A DNA stretch of 63,535 nt, counting the filler, from Octopus bimaculoides (Eukaryota): assembly GCF_001194135.2 (NCBI RefSeq). It is 5 parts of 5 records of this genome, joined end to end, with 100 filler letters (N's around TTAATTAATTAA, not from the genome) between each part and the next. Parts side by side here need not be neighbours in the genome. Positions count along the whole stretch, not along the records: positions 29,773 to 52,305 come from NC_068988.1; 4 more parts are not named here. One strand, 5' to 3'. The position numbers were made by a program, and so were the translations under genes. Below the pieces are notes generated by a model. It made no database searches. It saw only the letters and a list, made by a program, of their open reading frames with translations, and was not told the origin of the DNA. Positions 40,058-51,450 of this stretch are shown piece after piece; the first letter of the stretch is position 1; the number at the start of each line of letters is the position of its first letter.

Positions 40058-43000
40058 CATAAATCTTTAGTTAAATATATTCAACGAGAATATCATATAC
40101 TGAATTTATATTGAGTGCTCTATTGTATCAAAGTATGAATACTATTAAAGTATTTATGTATTTAATACGAGCGATTATATATATTTTTTATATAATATGC
40201 TATTATTAATATCAGGAAATCAATATTAGAAATTTCATCAGAAAGATATATACATATGTAAAATAATTGTTGTATTAAATATATAGATATACTTACCAAA
40301 ATCAAAAACAGTAATTTTTAATCTTTAATTTATATTTCAAACAAACACCGCTTTATCATATTACATCATATTTTTAAAAAACTACCATTGAATAAATTAT
40401 ACAAAATTCAAAGTTTATATCTCTGAAGAGCAGAAGAGTTGTCTATAAATGCTTATCAATATAGGATTCCATTATTAGGACAGCACTTCTGCGAAACGAA
40501 CGTAAGATGCTTTAATACTTAATTCAAAACTTTTAAACTGTCATATTTGTTATTATTATATATTTATACTTATACATATTTACATATATTTATATTTCTA
40601 ATACAACAATTATTTTACATACGTATATATCTTTCTGATGAATTTTCTAATATTGATTTCCTGATATTAATAATAATATATTATAAATTATATATATATA
40701 CATACACATATGAGTGTGTGTGCACACACACACACATATATAGTATCATCATTTAGTTTTCCATACAAGGTGCATTTCAGTTTCGATTCAGACATTTTAA
40801 ATTAGGTATTTGTAATTGTAGTTTATTGTAATTTTAGTCTATCGTTAAATCTAATAAGCTGACCTGCCGACTTTGTAGTCCACATTGAAGGAGACGGATG
40901 TAACAACACTTTGAACACAACCTACTGACCATGGCTTATCACAGGTGACTAGTTTTCAGAATCCAGTTGTGGCCTGAAGACTATTTGGAAGCCCTGTTTG
41001 CAGTAAAGTTTTGTGTTAAACTGGGAAAAAGTAACAGAAACTTATGAACTGCTCCAGACTGGTCGTGTCTGTTTTTCGCTGACACAAGAGGTTCAAGGAG
41101 ATAGAGACGAGGTGAGGGACAATGAGACGAGTACATTCTTCGGACAGTCCAAAAGTTCTATGGAGACTAACGATTCTACCAGCTCACCGTCTTATTGATG
41201 ATGATGATGATGATAATAATAATAATAATAATTTTGTTCGTTAGAGATCTTACCTTACCGTCCAATGTAACCGCGTCTTTCACTTGCCATTCACCATCGT
41301 CGTCATTAAAGAAGTAGCAGAATTTCTCTTTACATACTGAACACGCCTGGCATTAGAGATTCAATTATTGAAATAAGAGACACGATTCAGACAAATGTAT
41401 TTGAGAAATGATAACATAATGGCATGCAAACATGTTTATACACAGCAAAATAGCATTTAGTAATACATATCTCATCACACACAAAATAATAATCATAAAA
41501 ATCAGTAAAACCCGGATAAGTGAGAGACAAATACGATTTAATTCCATATGCTTACAGTCGTTCACAGTCCACTTTCGGTGACTGCAATTCGTTGGTATAC
41601 CCACGAATATGCGTGAAGTTTGTAAATGTAAAACTTTCATGAGTTGTTAATCACAGCACATATCAATAATTAGCAATGCAATAGCATTAGTTGATAATAC
41701 ACTTACATTGTTTTCTGAAGAATATTTCGGACCATTTGACGGTTCGGTCTTTATATTTTGGTGCTTTTCCAGAAGAGATTGGAAAGGGTTATCTCCTAAT
41801 AACGACAAAATGTACGTAAATAAAGCATCGTAGCGTAAAACAAGTGAAAATATGATATTTCAATTTGCTATAAGAGATAAATCAATTTCCATATACCTAC
41901 CGTCACCATAATCTTCTTGAATGTACCACTGTCTGCATTTGGGATACTTTCTGTGTTTAGTGAAAGAGTTTTCTCGGAAATGTCCGTCCATGTGATCGTT
42001 CGTATTGTTAAATCGTCTCTCTCCACAAATAAAACATTGTTTTCCAAAGTAAAGGTTTTCAATAACAGGTCTTCGAAAACTGAAGAATAAAATAAGTAGG
42101 TTAGATTATCTTGAGTTTTTATATATAAAATGCAATATTACTCAACGTATCTATAAAGAAAAATTATAACTAAAGAAAGCTTCAAATAGCTTACGTTGTT
42201 AGATATTTTCTATTAAAATTTGGTAAAATCCTGCTCATCTTCTTATAAGAGTTTGAAGTATTCATTTCTGTAAGGTTTGGTTTTATTTTCAGCTCATTAC
42301 CGTGTTCAAGTTTATACAGCTTCCATTTGGTTTCATTCTGAAATATATAATGAACTAAATGACTAGTTAAAAATATCGCCTGACCGCTTCGTACTTAATA
42401 GGAAGATGTACACACACACGTGCGCATATTTTTTTCAATTTTTAGAGAGAGTGAGAGAGAAATGATGAGACAGACAGAGATCGGGAAGGAAAGAGAGCAG
42501 TCGTAAAAACAAATTGCATAACATAGGTTAAGTACGAAAAAACTAAAAAAGAAAATGCGGAAAACTGGTGTTTTCCGAAATTATAGTCAACTTCTAGAGT
42601 TTTGATATAAGTTGCCATAAGAAGAGGTAAAGAACCTCTCTTGTCACATTATGTGGACTTATCCAGACTTTCAAATTTCATTATTTGTCATTCATATTTA
42701 TAAACTTAAAATTACTATATTTACTTACATGGGTGTATTCCAACTCACACGTCTCTTTTTCGTCATGGATATCTTTGAAATGAAGCTCTTCTAAATAGAC
42801 ATGTTTTAAATTACAAGTGTTGTCTTTAATGTTGTCTACAATGGATTTAAAACGAATTGTTGGTTTGATTTTCAACTCGTTGCCATATTTAACTTTATAA
42901 ATTTTCCACTTTACTTGATTACTCTCTGATTTCGGGTCACCTTCTCCGATTTTATACTTTGGATCGCCCTAAAAATTAAAAATTCATATATTAGGTAAAT

Positions 43001-43859
43001 GATGTAATTTTCGACATGTCAGATTTTATAAGAAAATACATTAGAATAAAATATGAGAACAAGAACAAATAAAATATAAAGATTGTTAAATTACGTGGAT
43101 CTCGTTTACATCAACTTTCTTTTCAATGTTACCGCTCTCATCCAATCGCCCATCACGTGTATTTAGTTTTGATAAACTATGTCCATCTTGTTCATGGTTG
43201 CTGCTAGTTTCACTAATATCTGAAATATACGCTGATATATTTATTAACATTTAAAAAAGAAATAACTTTAATTAATGATTGATTAATAATATTTGTTATG
43301 CATTAAAATAAAAAATCACCAAGTACATACCGCTTGTAGTCACTGTTGGATCCTGTAGTGTTTCATCTTGCTGATCAACTGAAATAAGTTTCTGATTGTT
43401 TCGGCTGATATTTCCTCCATTCTGATAACTAGCTATTCTGTGACCTGGCGTACCTTGTTCAGATGTGTCGACATGATTTACTGTGGCGTGAATCATTGAA
43501 TTTGAAGCTGTGGATGTTGGTTGTGAAAGCCACGGTTGCTTTATATTTCGTAAAAGATAACGATTTCTATAAGCCTGGAATTTATAATCTGAATTAACAA
43601 ACTGCGGATAATATGACAGATGCAAGTTGTTTTGTTGGTTGTATAACCTGTGGCTACTCTGTCCGTTGGCGTTTCGATTCCAGGATGTTGCACGATATTT
43701 CTGTAAATAATGCGGTTGCCGATTGCTATTTTGGGAATTATAGCGACTTGAATTTGCTGTGTTAATGTCGAAACCCATATTTGATACTTGATATTGGGGA
43801 TAAATTTCTTTACTATTTTGAAGCGAGCTGTAACTATATCTGGTGTTGTTTCTATCCAT
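39805..43859 (-). CDS. PCF11-like: PCF11-like zinc-finger protein gene, 8 coding exons (43859-43331, 43219-43095, 42968-42729, 42337-42195, 42079-41901, 41795-41707, 41346-41254, 39846-39805), 1440 nt, ~479 aa
   Basis: All introns are GT-AG and the phases (1,0,0,2,1,0,0) join into one open frame. The C-terminus reads ...VIENLYFGKQCFICGERRF..DHMDGHFRENS..RQWY...ACSVCKEKFCYFFNDDDGEWQVKDAVTLDGK|IYHTICFDD. This matches the PCF11 C2H2 plus C2HC zinc-finger region as I recall it (human LYTGIQCYSCGMRF..DHLDWHYRQN..RRWY..CEICQEQF..WDEEEEEWHLKNAIRVDGKIYHPSCYED). Confidence 0.88.
40201..40675. repeat. 77-bp inverted repeat pair (40201-40277 and 40599-40675) flanking the candidate exon
   Basis: Direct comparison: 75/77 complementary. 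Confidence 0.95.
40297..40488 (-). other. Candidate alternative (poison or alternative terminal) exon, 192 nt, in the last intron of the PCF11-like gene
   Basis: Acceptor TTCGTTTCGCAG, donor G|GTAAGT; in frame KCCPNNGILY* (TGA 40458-40456); two ATTAAA hexamers (40324-40329, 40317-40322) followed by a U/GU-rich stretch. Confidence 0.5.
40766..41190 (+). mobile_element. Mariner-like remnant (left end plus transposase HTH) inside the last intron of the PCF11-like gene
   Basis: TA|CAAGGTG start; KFCVKLGKS..ETYELLQT...VFR*HKRFKE-DRDEVRDNE resembles the mariner N-terminal HTH. Confidence 0.7.
41254..41346 (-). CDS. PCF11-like: PCF11-like coding exon 7 (second zinc finger, CxxC half)
   Basis: Acceptor ATGCCAG, donor AAG|GTAAGA; ACSVCKEKFCYFFNDDDGEWQVKDAVTLDGK. 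Confidence 0.9.
41707..41795 (-). CDS. PCF11-like: PCF11-like coding exon 6
   Basis: Acceptor TTATTAG, donor GTAAGT; GDNPFQSLLEKH...SSENN. Confidence 0.85.
41901..42079 (-). CDS. PCF11-like: PCF11-like coding exon 5 (first zinc finger CxxC...HxxxH and RxWY motif)
   Basis: Acceptor TTCTTCAG, donor GTAGGT; FRRPVIENLYFGKQCFICGERRFNNTNDHMDGHFRENSFTKHRKYPKCRQWYIQEDYGD. Confidence 0.9.
42195..42337 (-). CDS. PCF11-like: PCF11-like coding exon 4
   Basis: Acceptor TATTTCAG, donor GTAAGC; NETKWKLYK...RKYLT. Confidence 0.85.
42729..42968 (-). CDS. PCF11-like: PCF11-like coding exon 3 (240 nt, phase 0-0)
   Basis: Acceptor TTTTTAG, donor GTAAGT; GDPKYKIG...CELEYTH. Confidence 0.85.
43095..43219 (-). 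CDS. PCF11-like: PCF11-like coding exon 2
   Basis: Acceptor TATTTCAG, donor GTAATT; open in the required phase (DISETSS...VNEIH). Confidence 0.8.
43331..43859 (-). CDS. PCF11-like: PCF11-like coding exon 1: low-complexity N/S/Q/Y/R-rich N-terminus
   Basis: ORF 43296..43859; donor G|GTATGT at 43331/43330; in-frame TAG 15 codons upstream of the ATG; candidate UTR acceptor TTTTGTTTCAG near 44063. Confidence 0.75.
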
Positions 43860-44223
43860 CTTTTCAGAAGTTACAATGGATGTAATATGCGCTAACCGTA
43901 ACTAGTAAATATATTACTGACCAAGAGCAAACACTGCCCGTGTCTCCAAACAATTATTGTCAGTGACTTTAGATATATATATATACTTAGTGAACGCACT
44001 AATTTCAAACAAGTGAAATATTTCAAGTCCAAAAAACCGAAAGCCTTCAGCTCCCTTTGCTATCTGAAACAAAAGGGATACTTTCTTAATATTTTTGGGG
44101 GTGAGATGAAAAACGTTAAAACTTGCGCCACAAATTTTTGACCAATGAGAATCTTTCTTAATGTCACGTGAACTTATATGAATGATGATGGTGTGTGTGT
44201 GTGTATGTGTATCAACCAATAAC

Positions 44224-44277
<54 letters not shown>

Positions 44278-44746
44278 TTATATATATATATATATACATA
44301 TTTATACATGTATATATATAAAATATACGTGTGCACAAATATATGTGCGAGAATAATATAATATATATGATGCCTTCAAGTCTTATTTACACATCTGATT
44401 CTCAATGTGTGCACTTATCCATACTCTATGTGGTCTTTTATTATGCTAGAAATAACATAGATCACGTCGGTATATTCTAAGACTCATAGCATACCAGACA
44501 GCCATACCGACAAATTCAACTCTGATATTTTTTCAAATTATGCCGGCTTCTCCAGAAATTGTTATGTTATTAAAAAATATACTCCTTTAACAAATTCCTG
44601 TAGTGCATTTTTTTGCTAATTGAATGATGATATTTATTCATTTGGTTCCCCAATTTGTGAATTTTTTCTATTTCTAATTCCCCTAAAATCTTTTATTCGT
44701 CTAATAGCACTCACTCGCTCTACAAATAATAGCAAGCACTCAAAGA

Positions 44747-44754
44747 TGACGTCA
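44747..44754. promoter_or_regulatory. Perfect CRE palindrome TGACGTCA upstream of the PCF11-like ATG
   Basis: Sequence match only; near a candidate UTR donor GA|GTGAGT (~44713). Confidence 0.3.
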
Positions 44755-44985
44755 AAATTTGTGAAGAAATCAAGTATTATGTTGACTTAACTACGTAAAA
44801 GTCTTCAGTTTATCCTATATAAAGATATCAGAAGATTTCGTAACTTTGTATGGCAGTGACCTACACTTTACACCTAATATGTACTTGCAAAAGAAAACAT
44901 ATTGAAAACGTTACAATAAATTCGAATACATCTGATTGTATAACTTATTACTTGCTCTGCTTTAGTTTTCTGTCGATATATATAT

Positions 44986-45035
<50 letters not shown>

Positions 45036-45759
45036 ACATTTTAGTATTGATAACCTATGTAAACACACAATTATAGATGTACAGAGATGGGAAATGATAT
45101 TTTCAAAAATTTCCATTCATCAAATGAACAATGATTTCAGCAACGGATAATGATCTCAGAAATGTAAGATGGATTTTTTGTTTTAGCATTGAGTGTGAGA
45201 GAGAAAAGCAAAAACTGAATGCTGTCTTGCAATGCTAAATAATCGCCATCTTGCATTGAATTAAAACTGAATCGAATAATTGAAATCTTCAATAATAAAA
45301 GAACCTTGAAAATCATACTTTGATTTTAAATATATTAAAATTCACTGTAAAATTGCATTCTTTTAGTAAAAATAACATACACCAAATTAATTAGTAAACA
45401 ACGTTCTGTATCATGTATAGTATAACTGATGCTATATGAGAAGCAAATTGTTTTAAAAAGAAAACTTTAATTCAACATAAAATTAGGAGGCCCTTTTATA
45501 AACTGTGAATTATTATTATTTCCCCTCCCCTATTACTATAACTGATAATGTGCTTTCCACTGATTTTTAATCAAATCTTCTGCAAGTTAATTTGGGAACC
45601 CTTGACAATAATGTAACCTTCATTTTACTAAGGTCTTTTTGGTCCAATGAGTAGCAAGTGAAGTACCTCTTGTTGAGTAATTGCTACTTCCAAGGTTGTG
45701 CTAATTGGGAAACATATGTTGCCTGGATTTTACCTGCTCCATTCCCTCAATTTGAATAG

Positions 45760-45797
<38 letters not shown>

Positions 45798-45803
45798 GGG
45801 GGC

Positions 45804-45935
45804 AGTCAGAATTTTGGATAATTCTTTAGTCGTGCTTTCATCTCATTCATCAAGATTCCTCAGATAAAACTTAGATCTGAGGAATCTTGATGAATGAAAT
45901 AAAGTACTAATAAAGAATTATCCAAAATTCTGACT
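45804..45935. repeat. 132-bp hairpin (25-bp and 22-bp perfect inverted blocks, 9-nt loop); probable small MITE
   Basis: 45804-45828/45911-45935 and 45844-45865/45875-45896 exactly complementary. Confidence 0.92.
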
Positions 45936-46015
45936 ACATCTTTTTCCTTAATATATAAGATCTGTATGCTTCATTAAACAATCTACACATGCATACATAT
46001 ACATATACATATACG

Positions 46016-46051
<36 letters not shown>

Positions 46052-46519
46052 TTGTTAGGGATAAAAGCTTGTGTTTTCAACATCTTGGTGAAGATTATAA
46101 AACATGCTTCTTTAAATTTTTCAAATGATTCTATGTTTGCTAGTTAATAACTAAATATTTGTTTTATAAATCATAAGTCTATCTTTTTATAATACTAATA
46201 ATTAACTAATTATTTATTCTATAAATCATTGTTAATTATTTAAATTATCGAAAGCAATGGAAAACGTTTCACTCACACAGTGTTTCTTCTGTCTGAAAGA
46301 GAGACAACCATCTTGAAGCATATTTTTAGAAATGAATGTGCCACCCAATGTGTTTGAATATTGTCACAAGTATTAAGCAAGAACCTTTCATTTGGTAGAG
46401 ACCCATTCTTTCACCTCAGGATCCTAAGTTGACCAAACCTCCAGGAATTTATAACTAAATAATGTCACCTAAACATTTTGGGGATAGTCTTCTATCATAT
46501 CAGTTTAACTAGTTAAACT

Positions 46520-46680
46520 GCATCATCATCATCATCATCATCATCATCATTTTACTGTCCATTTAACTATGCTGGCACGGAATCCAGTCAGGGGGTACAG
46601 GCATCAGCCATGTTCGGATGGTGCATTTTACGTGCCACCGGCATGGGAGCCAGTCAGGGGGCACTGACCACAATATTCCT
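46520..46680 (-). mobile_element. Repeat family E fragment
   Basis: (CAT)n tail plus TTTTACGTGCCACCGGCA. Confidence 0.7.
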
Positions 46681-47289
46681 GCAAAAAAACGCTAATCAGT
46701 TTTTACCTCTGTTAAACGCTATGTAACCTGGAGATAAAAATCTGCTTCCATTGCCTCTTGATTCAGCAAAACCTTCATCTAAACAGAGCCATGTCCCTTC
46801 AGACAATCACTAATGTTTAATAATGTTATTGGAAAACTTCATTTTGAAAGAGAAATTAAAATGATGTGTATATTTTTATATAAGCGACAAATGGAAAGGT
46901 TAATGTGTTGCATGGTCTGAAAGTAAAGAGTTTAAAAAATATCTTACTTTAGCTTACACAAGATGTCAAGACTAAGAGTATAAAATAATATTTATCAGGG
47001 GGCAATTTAAAGAAAAATGCTCAGACTTGAGTTAAAAGTTCCAGTTTGAATAAGATGTTGCTTTACTTCTGTCTCGGGGTGTTTTTGCTTCCGTTTGTTT
47101 TTTAAATATCATCCAAAAATATACAAATGTAGACCATATGACTAAAATCATTCCATCGTCACTAACAGAAAAATGAAAATAAAATTATAAAATAACTGTA
47201 TGTATAAATATATATANNNNNNNNNNNNNNNNNNNNNNNNNNNNNNNNNNNTATATATACACATATCCATATATATATATATATACATA

Positions 47290-47435
47290 CAATGGGCTCC
47301 AAAAAGGTTCCATCTACCAAATTCACTTACAAGGTATTGATTGACTCAGGGATTTACTAGAAGACCCCTGTACAAGAGTGGGACTGAACTCAATACCACA
47401 TGGTTTCAAAGGAAGCTTCTTAAGCAAACAGCCTG
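47290..47435 (-). mobile_element. Degenerate SINE family A, 5' half
   Basis: Homology. Confidence 0.65.
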
Positions 47436-48359
47436 CAGTAATGAGACAATGGAATATGGTTAATAGAATCTGTTGTTGCTATGAATGACCATATATTTTG
47501 GAGATTACTTGTTAGGAGCAAATATTTTTACACATTAATCCTTTTCTCACCACATTTCTGTTGCTCAGAATAATTTTAAATACAACAAAGGATTTGGTAA
47601 AATAACTTAGTTATCATTAAGCTAGTGTTAGGAACATAAATTGTGACTAAGGTTTGGTGGAAGATTTTAATTCAAAACTTTTGAAAACAAAACATTTGTA
47701 CTACGGAGCCAGAGGCAGTTTCAACTGGATTAGAATGAAAAGGGTTAAAGAAATTATTGAAAATTTTATTAAGGCAAGGGAGACAATCACAGAATTTTAT
47801 TAAAACCAGAAAAGACTGGAGAATGAGTTTGGAATATCAAATACCACACAATATAAATTCTTGGTTTAATGAAATAATCTCTGCCTTTTGAGGATGTGTC
47901 ATAATTACCAAATTTTAATTAAGAACAGCACCAAATGAGGAGAGAAGATGATCTCAGGATTCGAATTCTCCAAAGTTGAAATGCTATTAAGAAAAAGGAC
48001 AGCATTATTGTCAAGAGAGAAGACAGTTGTGGCTGTGTGTTTCTAGCTCAATCGCTGCCACATCAATTGTCCATTTGTATCTCTAGTTTATAAAAGGACT
48101 TAAGCCAAAAAAAGATTAGAACCTATTTATGCTGGGAGTAGCCTTTTAAATCATATTTTAGGACATCATAACCCACTCAGGTTGGGAGCTGTTGCTTGCT
48201 CAGGTGTGTCCAGGTATTGATTTGACAGTTATTTCTTGGAGTAGTTTATCCAGGTACCAATGGAATACTATGTGCTCTGAGTACCACTTGATAATAATGG
48301 GGAGAGGTCTATATGCCATTATATGAGGAGGTAATCAAGGTACTATTTAAATATCCTTT

Positions 48360-48560
48360 TCTATTCTCAGCACAAGGCCCGAAATTTTGGGGAGGGGGCC
48401 AGTCGATTAGATTAGCCCCAGTACACAACTGGTACTTAAATTATCAACTCTGAAAGGATGAAAAGCAAAGTTGATCTCGGCGAAATTGAACCCAGTATAT
48501 CACGACAAATGAAATACCACTAATCATTTTGCCTGGTGTGCTAACAATAATTCTGCCAGT
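48360..48560 (-). mobile_element. SINE family B
   Basis: Homology. Confidence 0.8.
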
Positions 48561-50049
48561 ACCTTAGAAGGTACTGTTCAAATATTATGGGATCCAGGTA
48601 CCATTATGTTATGTAACATATCACCTTCTTTATACAATACACTGTCTCTGATGTTCAAAACATAAAACTCTTTAGAATCGTTAGAAAAGCATAATTAAAG
48701 ATGGAATTAAAAAATTTACAATTAAAAAACTAAATTACAAAGTGTTTAAGTAAAGATTATACTTCATTATTTGTAGATGATGAAATGTTTGGTAGAGATT
48801 AATATTCCCATAGAGGAACATTTGGTTAAAAGTTTAATGAAAGATCTGAACACTTATGCCATTTAGTAACAAACTAACACCACCAGATTATATTTGATTA
48901 CCATATTGGACCAAGCTTCAGCTGTACACATACTAATATTCTTTGCTGGGTTTGCTTTTCACTTCTTTCAGTTTGTCTCCTTTCAAAGGATGCCGATGAA
49001 TGAACACTAACAAAGTGCAGCAACAATGGCCAAACAGTCAGTGTGAGCAACACCCAACACATCATAGAGGAAACTTTAACTGAAATACTAAACATTATGG
49101 CAATCTAGCCTTCCATACATGCAATATGGCAACAAGGAAGATTAAGGTTTATTAATCACTGAGATGGTAGAGTAGTAACTGTTGTTACTATGGAAGAGCT
49201 GTCATGCCAAAAAATCAAGAAATGAGCCCTTTTTATGTATATTGAGTAACTGGTTCAGACACTGAGATAATGTTAGAAAAATTTGCCTGCTGCTATAGAT
49301 GGTCATCCATACTGGAAGACATTTGTGACTCCTGTAATTTGGCCAATCAAAAATATTATAACTACTTGACAGAAATATTGCCAATCCCATCAAATACTAT
49401 GAAGGAATGATTATCTCCCTTGTATTAACTATCCAGAAGAACAAGAAATCTTCTGTACTCCATCTTGCTTATCGTAACTACCATGCTAAAAACAAGAATA
49501 GAAGTTATTTATGTGACATTTTGATCTGTTAGAAATATCAAAGAAATCTCTCTCAAATCACACCCAATCGTCTTAAATATTTTAAAAAATGGATATATGA
49601 GAGAATGTTGCCCTTGATATACAAAAAATGCAGAGGGTGGTCATGATCGGAATGTCTCTTATCTAAGAGCTAAGCAACAACAATCACTATTAACAGAACT
49701 GACAAGATAACATTAGTGTCATCATGATTATTTAATGTTCAATTTTCTGTGAAGAAGAAGTTTAGTGAGGCTGATTTTCTATGGCTGGATGCCTTTTCTA
49801 TCAGTGGCCCTCATCTGTTCCCGAGCAAGGCAATATTTACCCATGGCCAGACATGTTTTTCATGAAAGACTCCAAATGAACAACATTGCTTTTCTAATGA
49901 TGATGCTTGTTTATAGCCATCACATGACATCTAAACTAGGGAGCACACAAACATACACATATATATTTATATATATATATATAATATTAGGGATAAAATC
50001 CAAAATTACAGGTAAAAACTCAATTAAAACCAATGAGTTCATGAACCTT

Positions 50050-50470
50050 CGGACACGAAACTCAGCTTGTGAAGACTTGTTGGGGCAAGCGAAAGTGAAA
50101 TCGTGATGGCACCTGTGCCCAGCGTCGCCTTACTGGCATATGTGCCACTGGTGTGTGAAAAACAACATTCAAGCGTGGTCTTTGCCAGTGCCGCCGGATT
50201 GGCTCCTGTGCAGGTAGCACATAAAAAACACCTTTTGAGTGTGGTCATTGCCAGAACTGCCTGACGGGCCCTTGTGCTGGTGGCACATCAAAGCACCCAC
50301 TACACTCTTGGAGTTGTTGGCATTAGGAAGGGCATCCAGCTGTAGAAATTTTGCCAGATCAGACTGGAGCTTGGTGCAGCCTTCTGGATCACCAGTCCTC
50401 AGTGAAAACATCCAACCCATGCCAGCATGGAAAGCGGATGTTAAACGACAATGATGATGATGATGATAAC
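50050..50470 (+). mobile_element. Repeat family E
   Basis: Homologous to 21300-21648. Confidence 0.85.
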
Positions 50471-50479
50471 ATGTTAATG

Positions 50480-51450
50480 ACACTGACAAACAAGAATACG
50501 ATTTGGATAGTGTTTAGCCAACAACCATCTGATGAACACTTGATAAAATGTTGTTAATCTCCTTCACCAAACAGAAGCCTTTGTGACTCTTCCTGGCAGA
50601 GTGGTGCTCTACAAAGCATCTAATAATATATAACTGTCAGCCTGATGCAGTATATTTGTTGTCATAAATATAAAGAAAAGATAATGTAGTCTTTCTTTTA
50701 TAGAATTAATAAGACAATCAAGTGATGGCTTGAAAGGAAAGCTCAATCAGAGCTGGTGACCAAGCAGACGGTAACAGCTGCAATATTTCATATCCTGACC
50801 AACAAACAAAGCTGCAACTCCCCTCATGAAACGCGGTTAACAGTGCCTTGTTAAGTAATCTACTGACAAGTTAGAACTGACCGGAGTAAATGCTGTTTGT
50901 GTAGTTTTAGGTCAGTAGCTCTCACATTTTACTGATTTTCCTGCATCCCTACAACATTCAAAGGCATTTTGGATCGATGTTAAACCTCTGCCACTCTTGT
51001 TTTCATTTTAGGTCAAGGCAGCCTGTTTATGTGGAAATTATGTGGATTTTCACATCAATGGCTCAGATCTCATCAAGCAGCCCAAATGTTGATATGACTA
51101 TTGGTACTACAAACCCATTGTGGGCCACTGTTTTATTGAATACTATTGAATACAGAGAGTTCAAATTTTCTTTATTCAGTTAATGTTGTCTTCAGATTAG
51201 TGTCCATCATGAAGACATTTGTCTAAAACTATTATCATAGAACATAGTGCACCATTGGATAAAAAGAAGAGACTATTTCAAAGAACAAGACTGGGCTGTG
51301 TTTCTTCACTGTTAGCACATGATACAGTCCATTTCTTGACTTCATTGGATAGCATCATCATTCTCGACACTGAAACAGGCCGCTTCAGGGACCACTAAAA
51401 TCTGGCTTAACATGGTCAGTTGCTCTTCCTAATACCAGTCATGTTATAGA
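50480..51450 (-). mobile_element. Highly degenerate R4/Dong-like RT remnant
   Basis: LDKC, NKTVAHNGFVVPIVISTFGLLDEI*AIDVK, NRL...SGRGLTSIQNAFE. Confidence 0.6.

Noticed and set aside
43914-44336. 140-aa minus-strand ORF upstream of the PCF11-like ATG
   Set aside because: Runs through microsatellite and a probable intron/UTR boundary, and is out of frame with the gene.
46272-46315. Candidate first coding exon MVVSLSDRRNT with YY1-like AAGATGG and GTGAGT donor
   Set aside because: Cannot be joined in frame to the gene via the visible acceptor at ~44063; too short to support.
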